Shown here: positions 1-6,964 of the stretch, in pieces
How the letters are laid out: each line of letters opens with the position of its first letter
Position numbering within the stretch: the first letter of the stretch is position 1
Source: a virus
Lineage: Duplodnaviria; Caudoviricetes
DNA length: 29,743 nucleotides
Direction: 5' to 3' (one strand)
Virus record (IMG/VR): IMGVR_UViG_3300031938_000019
Coordinates: 1 to 29,743 of that record
Translations under genes and position numbers: made by a program
The notes under the pieces: model-generated
Database searches by the model: none
What the model saw: only the letters and a program-made list of their open reading frames with translations
Told to the model about the DNA's origin: nothing

Positions 1-7
1 CTCCCCC

Positions 8-328
8 ATGAGCGACGTGCCGCAGTGGACCTTGGCCGACCGGCTGAGGAAGATCCGCCGCGATCGACACCTCACCCAGGAGCAGATCGCCCGCGAGCTA
101 GGCATCAAGGGAGTCACGTGGTCCGCGTGGGAAGCCGGTCGCACCCGGCCGCATGACGTGGTCGAGCTGGCCGGGCTGATCGAGCAGCGGTTCGGCGTGC
201 CGGCGGCCTGGACGCTCGGCGTGCTGAACCAGTCGACTCCCGCGCCGCGCAAGGCCGTGGACAACGGCACGGTCCAGTGGGGGCGCCGTCAGAGTGACTA
301 CATGAGCGCGCGCATGGCGACGGCCTAG
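8..328 (+). CDS. XRE-family HTH protein, probable immunity repressor
   Basis: PQWTLADRLRKIRRDRHLTQEQIARELGIKGVTWSAWEAGRTRP is a canonical HTH_XRE; oriented opposite to virion genes. Confidence 0.85.
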   Translation: MSDVPQWTLADRLRKIRRDRHLTQEQIARELGIKGVTWSAWEAGRTRPHDVVELAGLIEQRFGVPAAWTLGVLNQSTPAPRKAVDNGTVQWGRRQSDYMSARMATA

Positions 329-363
329 ACCCCTAGCTTCCGCCCGTAACCCCGGCGGACGAG

Positions 364-398
364 CGGCCCCCGCCTCCCTGACGAGGTGGGGGCCGTTT
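364..398 (+). terminator. Intrinsic terminator after repressor
   Basis: 13-bp stem CGGCCCCCGCCTC/GAGGTGGGGGCCG (one G-U) followed by TTT. Confidence 0.7.
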
Positions 399-418
399 CG
401 CGTGCCCGGAAACTTCTT

Positions 419-464
419 CCGTAGCGCGCTTGACACTATCCCCGTAGCGCGCTACATTTCTCCC
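419..464 (+). promoter_or_regulatory. SigA-type promoter with two overlapping operator copies; leaderless
   Basis: TTGACA 430-435, 17 nt, TACATT 453-458, ATG at 465; palindrome GTAGCGCGCTAC 444-455 and near-copy GTAGCGCGCTTG 421-432. Confidence 0.85.
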
Positions 465-686
465 ATGACCACGACGCAGAGCATCGAGACCGCCCGCACC
501 GCCAAGGCCGCCGCAGTCGCAGCGCTCGCCAAGGCCGCCCCCCGCACCAAGAAGGCCGCTCTCCTCGCCGTCGAGGACGCCGACATGAACCTGAACATCG
601 CCATCCGCCAGCACGAGCAGGCCGTGCGCGCCGCCAACCCCACCGCCACCGAGGCTGAGATTCAGCAGATCGTGCGGGCCGCCTGA
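465..686 (+). CDS. Hypothetical Ala-rich helical protein (73 aa)
   Basis: ATG 6 nt after -10 box; GC3-rich codons; TGATG coupling to next gene. Confidence 0.8.
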   Translation: MTTTQSIETARTAKAAAVAALAKAAPRTKKAALLAVEDADMNLNIAIRQHEQAVRAANPTATEAEIQQIVRAA

Positions 687-868
687 TGGCCACGCAGGCG
701 ACCGCGGACCTGCTGCGGCACTACCGCGAGATGGTGAAGACGACGGAGCGGCAGCTCGCCCGCGACATCCATGAGGACATCGCGGCCGGGAAGCCGGTCA
801 CGCAGATTGCCAAGGACGCCGGCCTCAGCCGGGAGCGCATCTACCAGATCAGGGACGGACGACGATGA
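686..868 (+). CDS. Small HTH DNA-binding protein
   Basis: GKPVTQIAKDAGLSRERIYQI HTH motif. Confidence 0.85.
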   Translation: MATQATADLLRHYREMVKTTERQLARDIHEDIAAGKPVTQIAKDAGLSRERIYQIRDGRR

Positions 869-1035
869 GCGACAAGAAGCCCAACGCGGGCGAGGAGCTG
901 GACGCGATCATGCGCGACCTGGACGCGACGACGAAGGCGTGGGCCGCTGCCGGGCACGAGTACGACGGCCCGGAGGCTGAGGCGCGCGAGGCCGTGTTCG
1001 CCCGTCTCAAGGCGTGGAACAAGGCGCGGTCGTGA
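865..1035 (+). CDS. Hypothetical protein (56 aa, MSDKKPNAGEELDAIM...AWNKARS), not in ORF track
   Basis: ATGA overlap upstream, GTGA overlap downstream, GC3-rich codons. Confidence 0.75.
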   Translation: MSDKKPNAGEELDAIMRDLDATTKAWAAAGHEYDGPEAEAREAVFARLKAWNKARS

Positions 1036-1316
1036 AGCCGCATCCCGAGCTGCCGGACCCGGGCAACGGGCGCCGCTGGGGCTGGGAGCAGATCGCCACG
1101 AACCCGATGCGACCGCGGTCGAAGACGTGGTTCGCAACGCTGTTCTCCCGACAGGGGCACGTGCTCGGCTACATCGGCGAATACCCGGAGTACGGGTGGA
1201 GCGGCACGATCAAGACCAGGCGCAAGACGGTAGGCGCTGGCCTCGTGCCGGGCGCGTGGGGCTCGGCCGAGGTCGCCGCCGAGATGCTGCTCCGACGACT
1301 CAGGGACAAGCGATGA
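1032..1316 (+). CDS. Hypothetical Trp/Gly-rich protein
   Basis: GTG start in GTGA overlap; ATGA overlap with next gene. Confidence 0.7.
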   Translation: MKPHPELPDPGNGRRWGWEQIATNPMRPRSKTWFATLFSRQGHVLGYIGEYPEYGWSGTIKTRRKTVGAGLVPGAWGSAEVAAEMLLRRLRDKR

Positions 1317-1564
1317 CCGAGCTGACGTTCTGCCACGAGGGGGAGTCGCGGCCGGTTGAGGTCGGCACTCCGGTGTACGACAGTGACGGTCAACTGGTCG
1401 CCCGTGTGACCGCCGTTGACCCGGACGGCACGATCACGATCGGCGCTCCCTCAACGTGGTGCGCGTGCGGGCACGTCGAGGACGACCACGACCCCGACGA
1501 CGGCTGTGGCGCGTGCGCTATGGCGATGGTCGGCCCGTGCCACACCTTCCGGCCGCAGTCGTGA
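1313..1564 (+). CDS. Hypothetical protein with C-terminal Cys/His cluster
   Basis: MTELTFCHEG...CACGHVEDDH...CGAC...C; 4-nt overlaps both sides. Confidence 0.7.
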   Translation: MTELTFCHEGESRPVEVGTPVYDSDGQLVARVTAVDPDGTITIGAPSTWCACGHVEDDHDPDDGCGACAMAMVGPCHTFRPQS

Positions 1565-1761
1565 GCGACGTCCGCCCGTGGTACGCCTGCACGGGCGACC
1601 CGTGCACCTGCCCTAAGCCGGTGTCGATCGACTACCGGGTGGCGAAGCTCGAGCGCATCCGGGAGTTCGTGGACGGCTTCGCGGAGCGCGGTGGGGGCAA
1701 GGTGTCGGCCACCGACGAGTTGTGGATCATGTCGATCCGCCGACTGTTGGACGAGCCGTGA
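1561..1761 (+). CDS. Hypothetical protein (66 aa)
   Basis: VSDVRPWYACTGDPCTCPKP...; GTGA overlaps both sides. Confidence 0.65.
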   Translation: MSDVRPWYACTGDPCTCPKPVSIDYRVAKLERIREFVDGFAERGGGKVSATDELWIMSIRRLLDEP

Positions 1762-1910
1762 GCGGCTGCTACACGTGCGGCGGTGGCATGGGCAGGCACG
1801 ACCCGATCGCGCACGACCAAGGGGAACCCTGCGAGCACGAGTGGATTGAGCAGGGCGGCCCGGGTGACGAGTGGCGCGAGTGCGACCTCTGCGGGCTGAT
1901 CGAGGACTGA
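1758..1910 (+). CDS. Small Cys/His-rich (Zn-finger-like) protein (50 aa)
   Basis: CYTC...H...H; CEHEW...ECDLCG; GTGA overlap. Confidence 0.65.
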   Translation: MSGCYTCGGGMGRHDPIAHDQGEPCEHEWIEQGGPGDEWRECDLCGLIED

Positions 1911-1957
1911 TCTAGCCACGGCGCGTCGCCCCTGACCCGGCGGCCCGCCGTGGTAGA
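1911..1957 (+). terminator. Long hairpin immediately after operon stop (possible terminator/boundary)
   Basis: TCTA(G)CCACGGCG...CGCCGTGGTAGA with inner GTCGCC/GGCGGC; no U-tract. Confidence 0.4.
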
Positions 1958-1969
1958 CAACCCCTTAGA

Positions 1970-2490
1970 CAGCGCTGAGGCCGGACCCGTGTAGGAGCGG
2001 AATCCGGCCTCCCCGAAAGGGAGCGGCGCTGGCGGAGGGCGAGTCACACCGCGCGGCTACTGCTGTTCGGGCGCACCACGAGTGTGCCTCATGTTGCTGC
2101 GATTGTCAGCACGAACCTCCGCACCGGGCGTCCCAGGGGCAGCCGTCCAAGGTTCTGGTCCTCCTCCGACTTGTCACCGGAGGTCGCCCGTCAGATGGGC
2201 AACTCAGACGTCTGCGCTTGACGAGGGCGTCGCGCGGGCTGGCGTACAGCGGTTGGGTTCCGGGTCTTCCGTGCTCACCTACTGGTGCACGTTGCTCTTG
2301 GCCTACGGCGGGTGACCGCGCGGGTTCGTTGCCTTGATGCCTCGGAGCGGAGCGGAGAGGCGGCAAGGCGCCGCTGGGGGTCCGGGGCGCGCGTGCGCCC
2401 TGGGTAGAAAGAAGGCACGCGCGGAGCGCGTACCTCAGGGGGAGCGCTGGCAGCGATGTTCGCACGCGGGTCTGACAGTTTCAGATCGCG
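1970..2490 (+). ncRNA. Putative large structured ncRNA or structured replication origin, family unknown
   Basis: No credible ORF; more than a dozen consecutive or nested helices, GAAA tetraloop, G-U pairs on + strand. Confidence 0.55.
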
Positions 2491-2502
2491 GCGCGTCCTG
2501 TG

Positions 2503-2538
2503 TTGCGTTTGTAGCACGCACTGTCATACAGTCAGGCC
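2503..2538 (+). promoter_or_regulatory. Leaderless promoter with inverted-repeat operator for RHH gene
   Basis: TTGCGT 2503-2508, 18 nt, TACAGT 2527-2532, ATG 2539; ACTGT-CAT-ACAGT 2520-2532 overlaps -10. Confidence 0.65.
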
Positions 2539-2706
2539 ATGCCAGAGACGCCAGCCCGGTCGATCCGGATCCCCGATGAGGTGTGGATTCCCGCCCTCGA
2601 CACAGCACTGAGACGGGGCGAGAAGGTCCCGCAGATCGTCACGGAAGCCCTCCGCCGCTACGTGAAGCGGCACATGTCAGACCTGCCTGCTAAGGAGCAA
2701 TCGTGA
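2539..2706 (+). CDS. Ribbon-helix-helix DNA-binding protein (55 aa), not in ORF track
   Basis: MPETPARSIRIPDEVWIPALDTALRRGEKVPQIVTEALRRYVKRH fits the RHH (CopG/Arc-like) pattern. Confidence 0.85.
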   Translation: MPETPARSIRIPDEVWIPALDTALRRGEKVPQIVTEALRRYVKRHMSDLPAKEQS

Positions 2707-2903
2707 CCACCGGAGAGATCGCCAACCCCTACACGATCCGGTGCCCGCTCCGCCACTGCGAGGCAGCCACCGTCGTCGTGCGGAACGCGCAGGCGCCGAC
2801 CGTAGCCGAGAACGCGGCCTACCTCGCACACCTCGCCACCCACCGAGACAAGTTCTTCGAGCTGTACGTGATGGCAAAGGTCGCCTCTGAGGGCGCACGG
2901 TGA
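2703..2903 (+). CDS. Hypothetical protein, possible C2H2-like Zn site
   Basis: AAGGAG RBS, GTGA overlap; CPLRHC...HLATH. Confidence 0.7.
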   Translation: MTTGEIANPYTIRCPLRHCEAATVVVRNAQAPTVAENAAYLAHLATHRDKFFELYVMAKVASEGAR

Positions 2904-3181
2904 CCGCCAGCCAGCGAGCCCGCACGTTCGACCTGCCGCCGTCGGTGGTCGACCACCTCACCCCCGCCGACCGCACGTGGCTGTGGCTCCCGTCGCTGCC
3001 GCTGTCCGCGCACGACGAGCTGAACGCCCGCGACCAGCTCGACGCCTGGGACGCGCTCGCCGGCCGTCTGCTGCGGGGCGCCATGTTCGGTGACGGTGGG
3101 CGCGGGCTGCGGAAGTGTGCCGAGGCGGTGGCTGCGGTCGCTGAGGACCTGAACGTGTACCTGGACGGGCCAAGGCTGTAG
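2900..3181 (+). CDS. Hypothetical protein (93 aa)
   Basis: GTGA overlap; ends just before terminator. Confidence 0.7.
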   Translation: MTASQRARTFDLPPSVVDHLTPADRTWLWLPSLPLSAHDELNARDQLDAWDALAGRLLRGAMFGDGGRGLRKCAEAVAAVAEDLNVYLDGPRL

Positions 3182-3185
3182 AACG

Positions 3186-3227
3186 CAGAAAGGCGCCCCA
3201 CCCGCCCGGTGTGGGCAGGTGGGGCGC
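3186..3227 (-). terminator. Terminator between convergent operons
   Basis: GCGCCCCACC...GGTGGGGCGC stem (3193-3227) followed on minus strand by CTTTCTG. Confidence 0.75.
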
Positions 3228-3258
3228 TGGCGGTGCGGGGTGTGGTCGAGTCGCCGCC

Positions 3259-5112
3259 TTAGAAGCCCAACAGCAGGGGCAGGCGGAACTGAGACGCCGT
3301 CACCGAGGGGGTGGTGGACGGCAGTGGATGCTGACTGGACCCCTGGTAACTCTGAGCCGCAAACAGCGTGCCGGCGGGACCACTGAGGCCGGTGAAGGCG
3401 GCGGTCGTGTTGTCGCACGACATCGCAAGGAAGTCTCCCGGCTCCACGGTGACGGTCTGCCCGAGGGAGATGTCCGCGGTGCCGACCGCCGGGCAAGCCA
3501 CGGTTGCCGCAGCCAGTTGCGTCCCGGGGACGGCGGCCAGTCCGTTGCCGGACCGGCGGTAGACGCCCACCGAGATGTTCCCGGACGAAGTGGTCACGGC
3601 GAGCCGGATGCTGCTGACAGTGCCACCGCTCAACGCCCTAACGTAGCGGGCATCGTTGGCCGCACCCCAGGCGACGGCCAAGGTGGGGGTGTTGAGCGCC
3701 GTCGTGACGAAGCCGAACTGCAGCGCGTCGCGGTGGACGTGTGCGGCCTGGTCGACCCAGTTCGTGCCGTCGTAGACGAACTGGTATTCGGTGCGGCTGT
3801 TGGGGGTGACATTGATCGGACGGGTGGTGATGAACGCCGAGTTGAAGGTCACCTGCCGTCCGCCGGTGGCGTCCTGGATGAGATCCAGGGCCAGCCGCTG
3901 CCCGACGTGCTGCTCGATGGGCTTGCTGATCGCCACGTCCCCGGTGAGCGTCATCCGCTGGACGCCGCCGAGGTATGCGTTCGGTGTCCAGGATGCCGTG
4001 TACGTGTTGAGGTGCAGCCCGTTCGCGTTGCCGATCTGGATGTCGTTGTCCACGGCACTCTGCGCGGTGGGCGACAGGCGGGCGAGGCGGTGGCTCGCCG
4101 CAGTGAGGATTATCCGGTTCCCGGTGATACCGCTCGTACTGGTGCCCGAGAAGGAGATGGCCCATGCCTGATCGGGGCTGCCGCTGACGCTGCGGTCCAT
4201 CGCGGTGCCGATCACCGTGTTGTTGCTGGCGTTGTTGCCGAAGAAGAAGCCGGCCTTGTCCAGCCCGGTGGTGGCGTGCAGCCGGTTGTTCGAGTCGGCG
4301 GTGCATCCGGCGAGGGTGTTGAGGTTCGACGTGATGGCGAAGCCGCTGCCGTAGTTGTCCTGCGCCTCACAGCCGGCCAGCTCCGTGCGGTCGGCGTTGA
4401 TCGAGAACCCGTTGGCCCCAGTGTAGTCCAGTCGCCCGCTGTACCAGGTCTTGCACCCGATGAACTGGTTGTTCGACGAGTTGACCTGGATGCCGTCGAG
4501 CCCGTTGTCGCCGGCCACACAGGCGGTGTACCGGCTGTCCGGACAGTTGACGTTGAAGCCCCGGCCGTCGTTGAGCCAGCAGTAGATGTTGGTCAGGTGG
4601 TTCTCGCCGCGGCCACTGATGTAGAAGCCGTCGGTGAGAAACCCCGTGATGTAGAGGTCGAGGAAGCGGTGGTTCGGGTCGTGCTGCCCTAGCGTGTTGG
4701 CGCCGAACTGCGCGGAGGCGTCGGTGCTGCCGACGTAGCGGATCCCGGAACTGCTGCCGGTCTGGTTGGCCTTGTTGCCGTCGAGGGTGAGGAAGCGGAG
4801 TGCAGTCTCCCCGACGGTGAGCGAGTCGAGCACGAACATGTCCGTGTTCGTGCTGGCCTTTAGGGTGAGCCGGGAGTGTCGGCCGACCCCTTCGACGGTG
4901 ACCCGGGACTTCATCCGCAACTGGCCGACGACGTACTGGCCGGCGGGGACAAACACGATCCCGCCGCCGAAGCCCTGGCCGTTGGGACGGTTCGACGCAG
5001 CCGCGTCGATCGCCGCCTGGAAAGCGGCGGTGTCGTTCGTGGCGCCGTCCCCGACCGCGCCGAACTGGCGAACATCGAAGCTCGCTCGCGGCTGGGTAGC
5101 CCACTTGCTCAT
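3259..5112 (-). CDS. Tailspike/depolymerase-like protein with right-handed beta-helix
   Basis: FDVRQFGAVGDGATNDTAAFQAAIDAA and IVFVPAGQY (pectate-lyase-3-like N-terminus); Asn/Gly/Cys ladder repeats; QDATGGRQVTF...YDGTNW fibre-type domain. Confidence 0.85.
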   Translation of the reverse strand: MSKWATQPRASFDVRQFGAVGDGATNDTAAFQAAIDAAASNRPNGQGFGGGIVFVPAGQYVVGQLRMKSRVTVEGVGRHSRLTLKASTNTDMFVLDSLTVGETALRFLTLDGNKANQTGSSSGIRYVGSTDASAQFGANTLGQHDPNHRFLDLYITGFLTDGFYISGRGENHLTNIYCWLNDGRGFNVNCPDSRYTACVAGDNGLDGIQVNSSNNQFIGCKTWYSGRLDYTGANGFSINADRTELAGCEAQDNYGSGFAITSNLNTLAGCTADSNNRLHATTGLDKAGFFFGNNASNNTVIGTAMDRSVSGSPDQAWAISFSGTSTSGITGNRIILTAASHRLARLSPTAQSAVDNDIQIGNANGLHLNTYTASWTPNAYLGGVQRMTLTGDVAISKPIEQHVGQRLALDLIQDATGGRQVTFNSAFITTRPINVTPNSRTEYQFVYDGTNWVDQAAHVHRDALQFGFVTTALNTPTLAVAWGAANDARYVRALSGGTVSSIRLAVTTSSGNISVGVYRRSGNGLAAVPGTQLAAATVACPAVGTADISLGQTVTVEPGDFLAMSCDNTTAAFTGLSGPAGTLFAAQSYQGSSQHPLPSTTPSVTASQFRLPLLLGF

Positions 5113-5672
5113 GGGGCGACTACGACATAGTGCATGGATCCGCTGAGGGCCAGTGATGCGGCGGCGACGCTGGCCGGCAGGTCGTTCTGGCCGGAGAGGG
5201 CTGCCGCCTTGCGGGGCGAGACGGCCAGCTCGGCGCCGCTGGTGAACCCTGTGCCAGCGAAGGATGGCGCGGTCGCCGCGGTGACCACGATGATCCCAAG
5301 GGCGTACCGCTGACCGGCGACCTTCTGGTACGGGGTGGTGACCGACCGGGTGTAGGCCGTGTTGACCGCCGCGAACAGGGTGGTGTCGTTGGCGGTGGAG
5401 GCAACCAGCGTCAGGGCACCGTCGGCCGCGACGGAGTACAGCCCGACCCGGCAGACGGTGGGCGTTGCGGCGGCCGCCGTGGACCCGGTCGCCAGGCGGA
5501 TCTGGTTGACCGTCTCGGTCTTCCGGGCGATGAAGTAGGTGAACCGCATCTGCCCGGAGACGACGGGGTAGCTGCCTTCCGCCGAGGTGCGGGGCAGGGT
5601 GGACTCACCCACGTCGAGCGCGTCGGGGTCGGTGTAGGTGGCTGCGGCGAACTGTCGCACCATGTCTGTCAC
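5109..5672 (-). CDS. Putative virion/fibre accessory beta-sandwich protein
   Basis: Thr/Ala-rich beta composition; coupled; resembles tailspike C-terminus. Confidence 0.65.
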   Translation of the reverse strand: MTDMVRQFAAATYTDPDALDVGESTLPRTSAEGSYPVVSGQMRFTYFIARKTETVNQIRLATGSTAAAATPTVCRVGLYSVAADGALTLVASTANDTTLFAAVNTAYTRSVTTPYQKVAGQRYALGIIVVTAATAPSFAGTGFTSGAELAVSPRKAAALSGQNDLPASVAAASLALSGSMHYVVVAP

Positions 5673-5953
5673 CAGCCCCGGACGGCGACCTTCGGCGTGC
5701 CCGCCGAGATCAGCTTGATGGTGGCGAGTTCCGGCCCGTAGGGCTGCAGGGAGACTGCGCCGATTGCTGCCGGGAGTACGACGGTGCCGTTGCCAGCGAC
5801 GGTCGGCGTGGCGCCGTTGACGGTGAAGTAGACGGCTGCGGTGCCGTCCACGCTTACGACCTCGACGTTGTCGTAGTCGGCGTCCAGCGTGACCGTGCTG
5901 ACCGTGTTGGCTACCAACGTGACGTGCCTGCTGTCACCTTCGGGCTTGGGCAT
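5669..5953 (-). CDS. Small beta-rich hypothetical virion protein
   Basis: GAGG RBS, coupled, Val/Thr-rich. Confidence 0.65.
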   Translation of the reverse strand: MPKPEGDSRHVTLVANTVSTVTLDADYDNVEVVSVDGTAAVYFTVNGATPTVAGNGTVVLPAAIGAVSLQPYGPELATIKLISAGTPKVAVRGW

Positions 5954-5964
5954 CTGGGTTCCTC

Positions 5965-6219
5965 TCAGGCTTTGGCGGTGACGTAGAGGGTCACGTCGAG
6001 GGTGTTGTCGGAGTTGACGGGATCGACCGATCCGATCCAGATGACCGGCGTGCTTCCGACCGGAGGCCGGGCACGGTTGGCGTCGGAGCCGTGCACCACG
6101 ATCACGCCGCCCGATTGCGCTGCGGCGATCCCGGCTTCCATGTAGTTGAGCCGTGCCGCCGTGATCGGGGTACCGCCACTAGCGTTGTCGGCCCATGTCT
6201 GCGGGGTGTACGCCTCCAC
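5965..6219 (-). CDS. Small fibre-associated protein
   Basis: YTPQTW...TPITAARLNYMEAGI fibre N-terminal motif; RP..VIWIGSVDPVN motif. Confidence 0.7.
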   Translation of the reverse strand: MEAYTPQTWADNASGGTPITAARLNYMEAGIAAAQSGGVIVVHGSDANRARPPVGSTPVIWIGSVDPVNSDNTLDVTLYVTAKA

Positions 6220-6222
6220 CGG

Positions 6223-6399
6223 CTACTCCTCGGGTGTCAGTTCGCGGATGCGGTCGGCCTGCCAGGCGACTGTCTGCTCGAGGCCGGCGATGGTGGCGAG
6301 CAGCTTCGGGCGCTCGTCGAGGGCGTCGGCGCCCGCTTGTGCGGCCCGGACGATCAGCGGCGCGTTGAGGGAGCGGAGCAGGTCGGCGTGCTGGCTCAC
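6223..6399 (-). CDS. Hypothetical protein (58 aa, VSQHADLLRSL...RIRELTPEE), not in ORF track
   Basis: GTGA overlap with holin stop; fills gap exactly. Confidence 0.6.
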   Translation of the reverse strand: MSQHADLLRSLNAPLIVRAAQAGADALDERPKLLATIAGLEQTVAWQADRIRELTPEE

Positions 6400-6647
6400 A
6401 GGGCGGTGTGACGCCCCGCAGGCTCGACGACGTCCGTTGCTGAGGCGGTGCCGCTGTTGCCCAGCCGCAGCGACAGCAGCGAGGTCAGGAACGAGATCAC
6501 GGTGGCGAGTGCGGCGACGGACAGTGCGCGGCTCCAGTCCACGGACAGCAGGTCGGACACGCCCTGCACGGTGAGGACGGCGAGCAGGGCTTGAGCGAAG
6601 GTCTTCACGGCACGCTCGGCGGCGTCGATCCAGAACTGCTTGGTCAC
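6396..6647 (-). CDS. Holin, r1t-like
   Basis: KQFWIDAAERAVKTFAQALLA...VDW...AALATVISFLTSL; AAGGAG RBS. Confidence 0.9.
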   Translation of the reverse strand: MTKQFWIDAAERAVKTFAQALLAVLTVQGVSDLLSVDWSRALSVAALATVISFLTSLLSLRLGNSGTASATDVVEPAGRHTAL

Positions 6648-6964
6648 GGGTTCTCCTTCGGGTGGCGGGCCCGCCAGCGGCGGCACAGGCGGCGATACAG
6701 CCGCCCGGTCGGGTGGTAGAGCACGGCGAACAGCAGGAACGTCATCGCCGTACACAGGTAGACGTTGCGGCTACCGCCGGGCAGGTGCTGGCGGTAGATC
6801 TCCCAGGTGCCGTAGGTGACCGCGGCGTTGAGCACGACGATCCCCAGCCAGGCGAGTTGGTTCTCCGGCTTGTAGGTCAGCCAGCGGCGCCACTGGAATC
6901 CGCCGACGATGGCGACCAGCAGGCCGACGACGATCACGTAGATGCGCAGTGTCTCAACGGTCAC
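6644..6964 (-). CDS. Membrane protein (about 3 TM, Arg-rich C-tail)
   Basis: Three hydrophobic stretches; in lysis cassette. Confidence 0.7.
   Translation of the reverse strand: MTVETLRIYVIVVGLLVAIVGGFQWRRWLTYKPENQLAWLGIVVLNAAVTYGTWEIYRQHLPGGSRNVYLCTAMTFLLFAVLYHPTGRLYRRLCRRWRARHPKENP

Noticed and set aside
260-360. attP/tRNA fragment within repressor 3' end
   Set aside because: No T-arm (GTTCGA-like) or cloverleaf remnant, and no adjacent integrase
1951-1971. TAGACA twice as promoter for the structured element
   Set aside because: Lacks the conserved final T of a -10 and has no properly spaced partner; possible but unsupported
1970-2050. Hammerhead or HDV-like ribozyme (CTGAGG...GAAA; GGCCGG...GGCGAG)
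   Set aside because: Core is not CUGAnGA, and HDV P1-P4 topology could not be built by eye
2082-2579. ORFs 2082-2315(+), 2106-2465(-), 2275-2517(-), 2334-2579(+)
   Set aside because: No RBS or coupling, Arg/Pro/Ala-rich junk composition, weak GC3 bias compared with real genes
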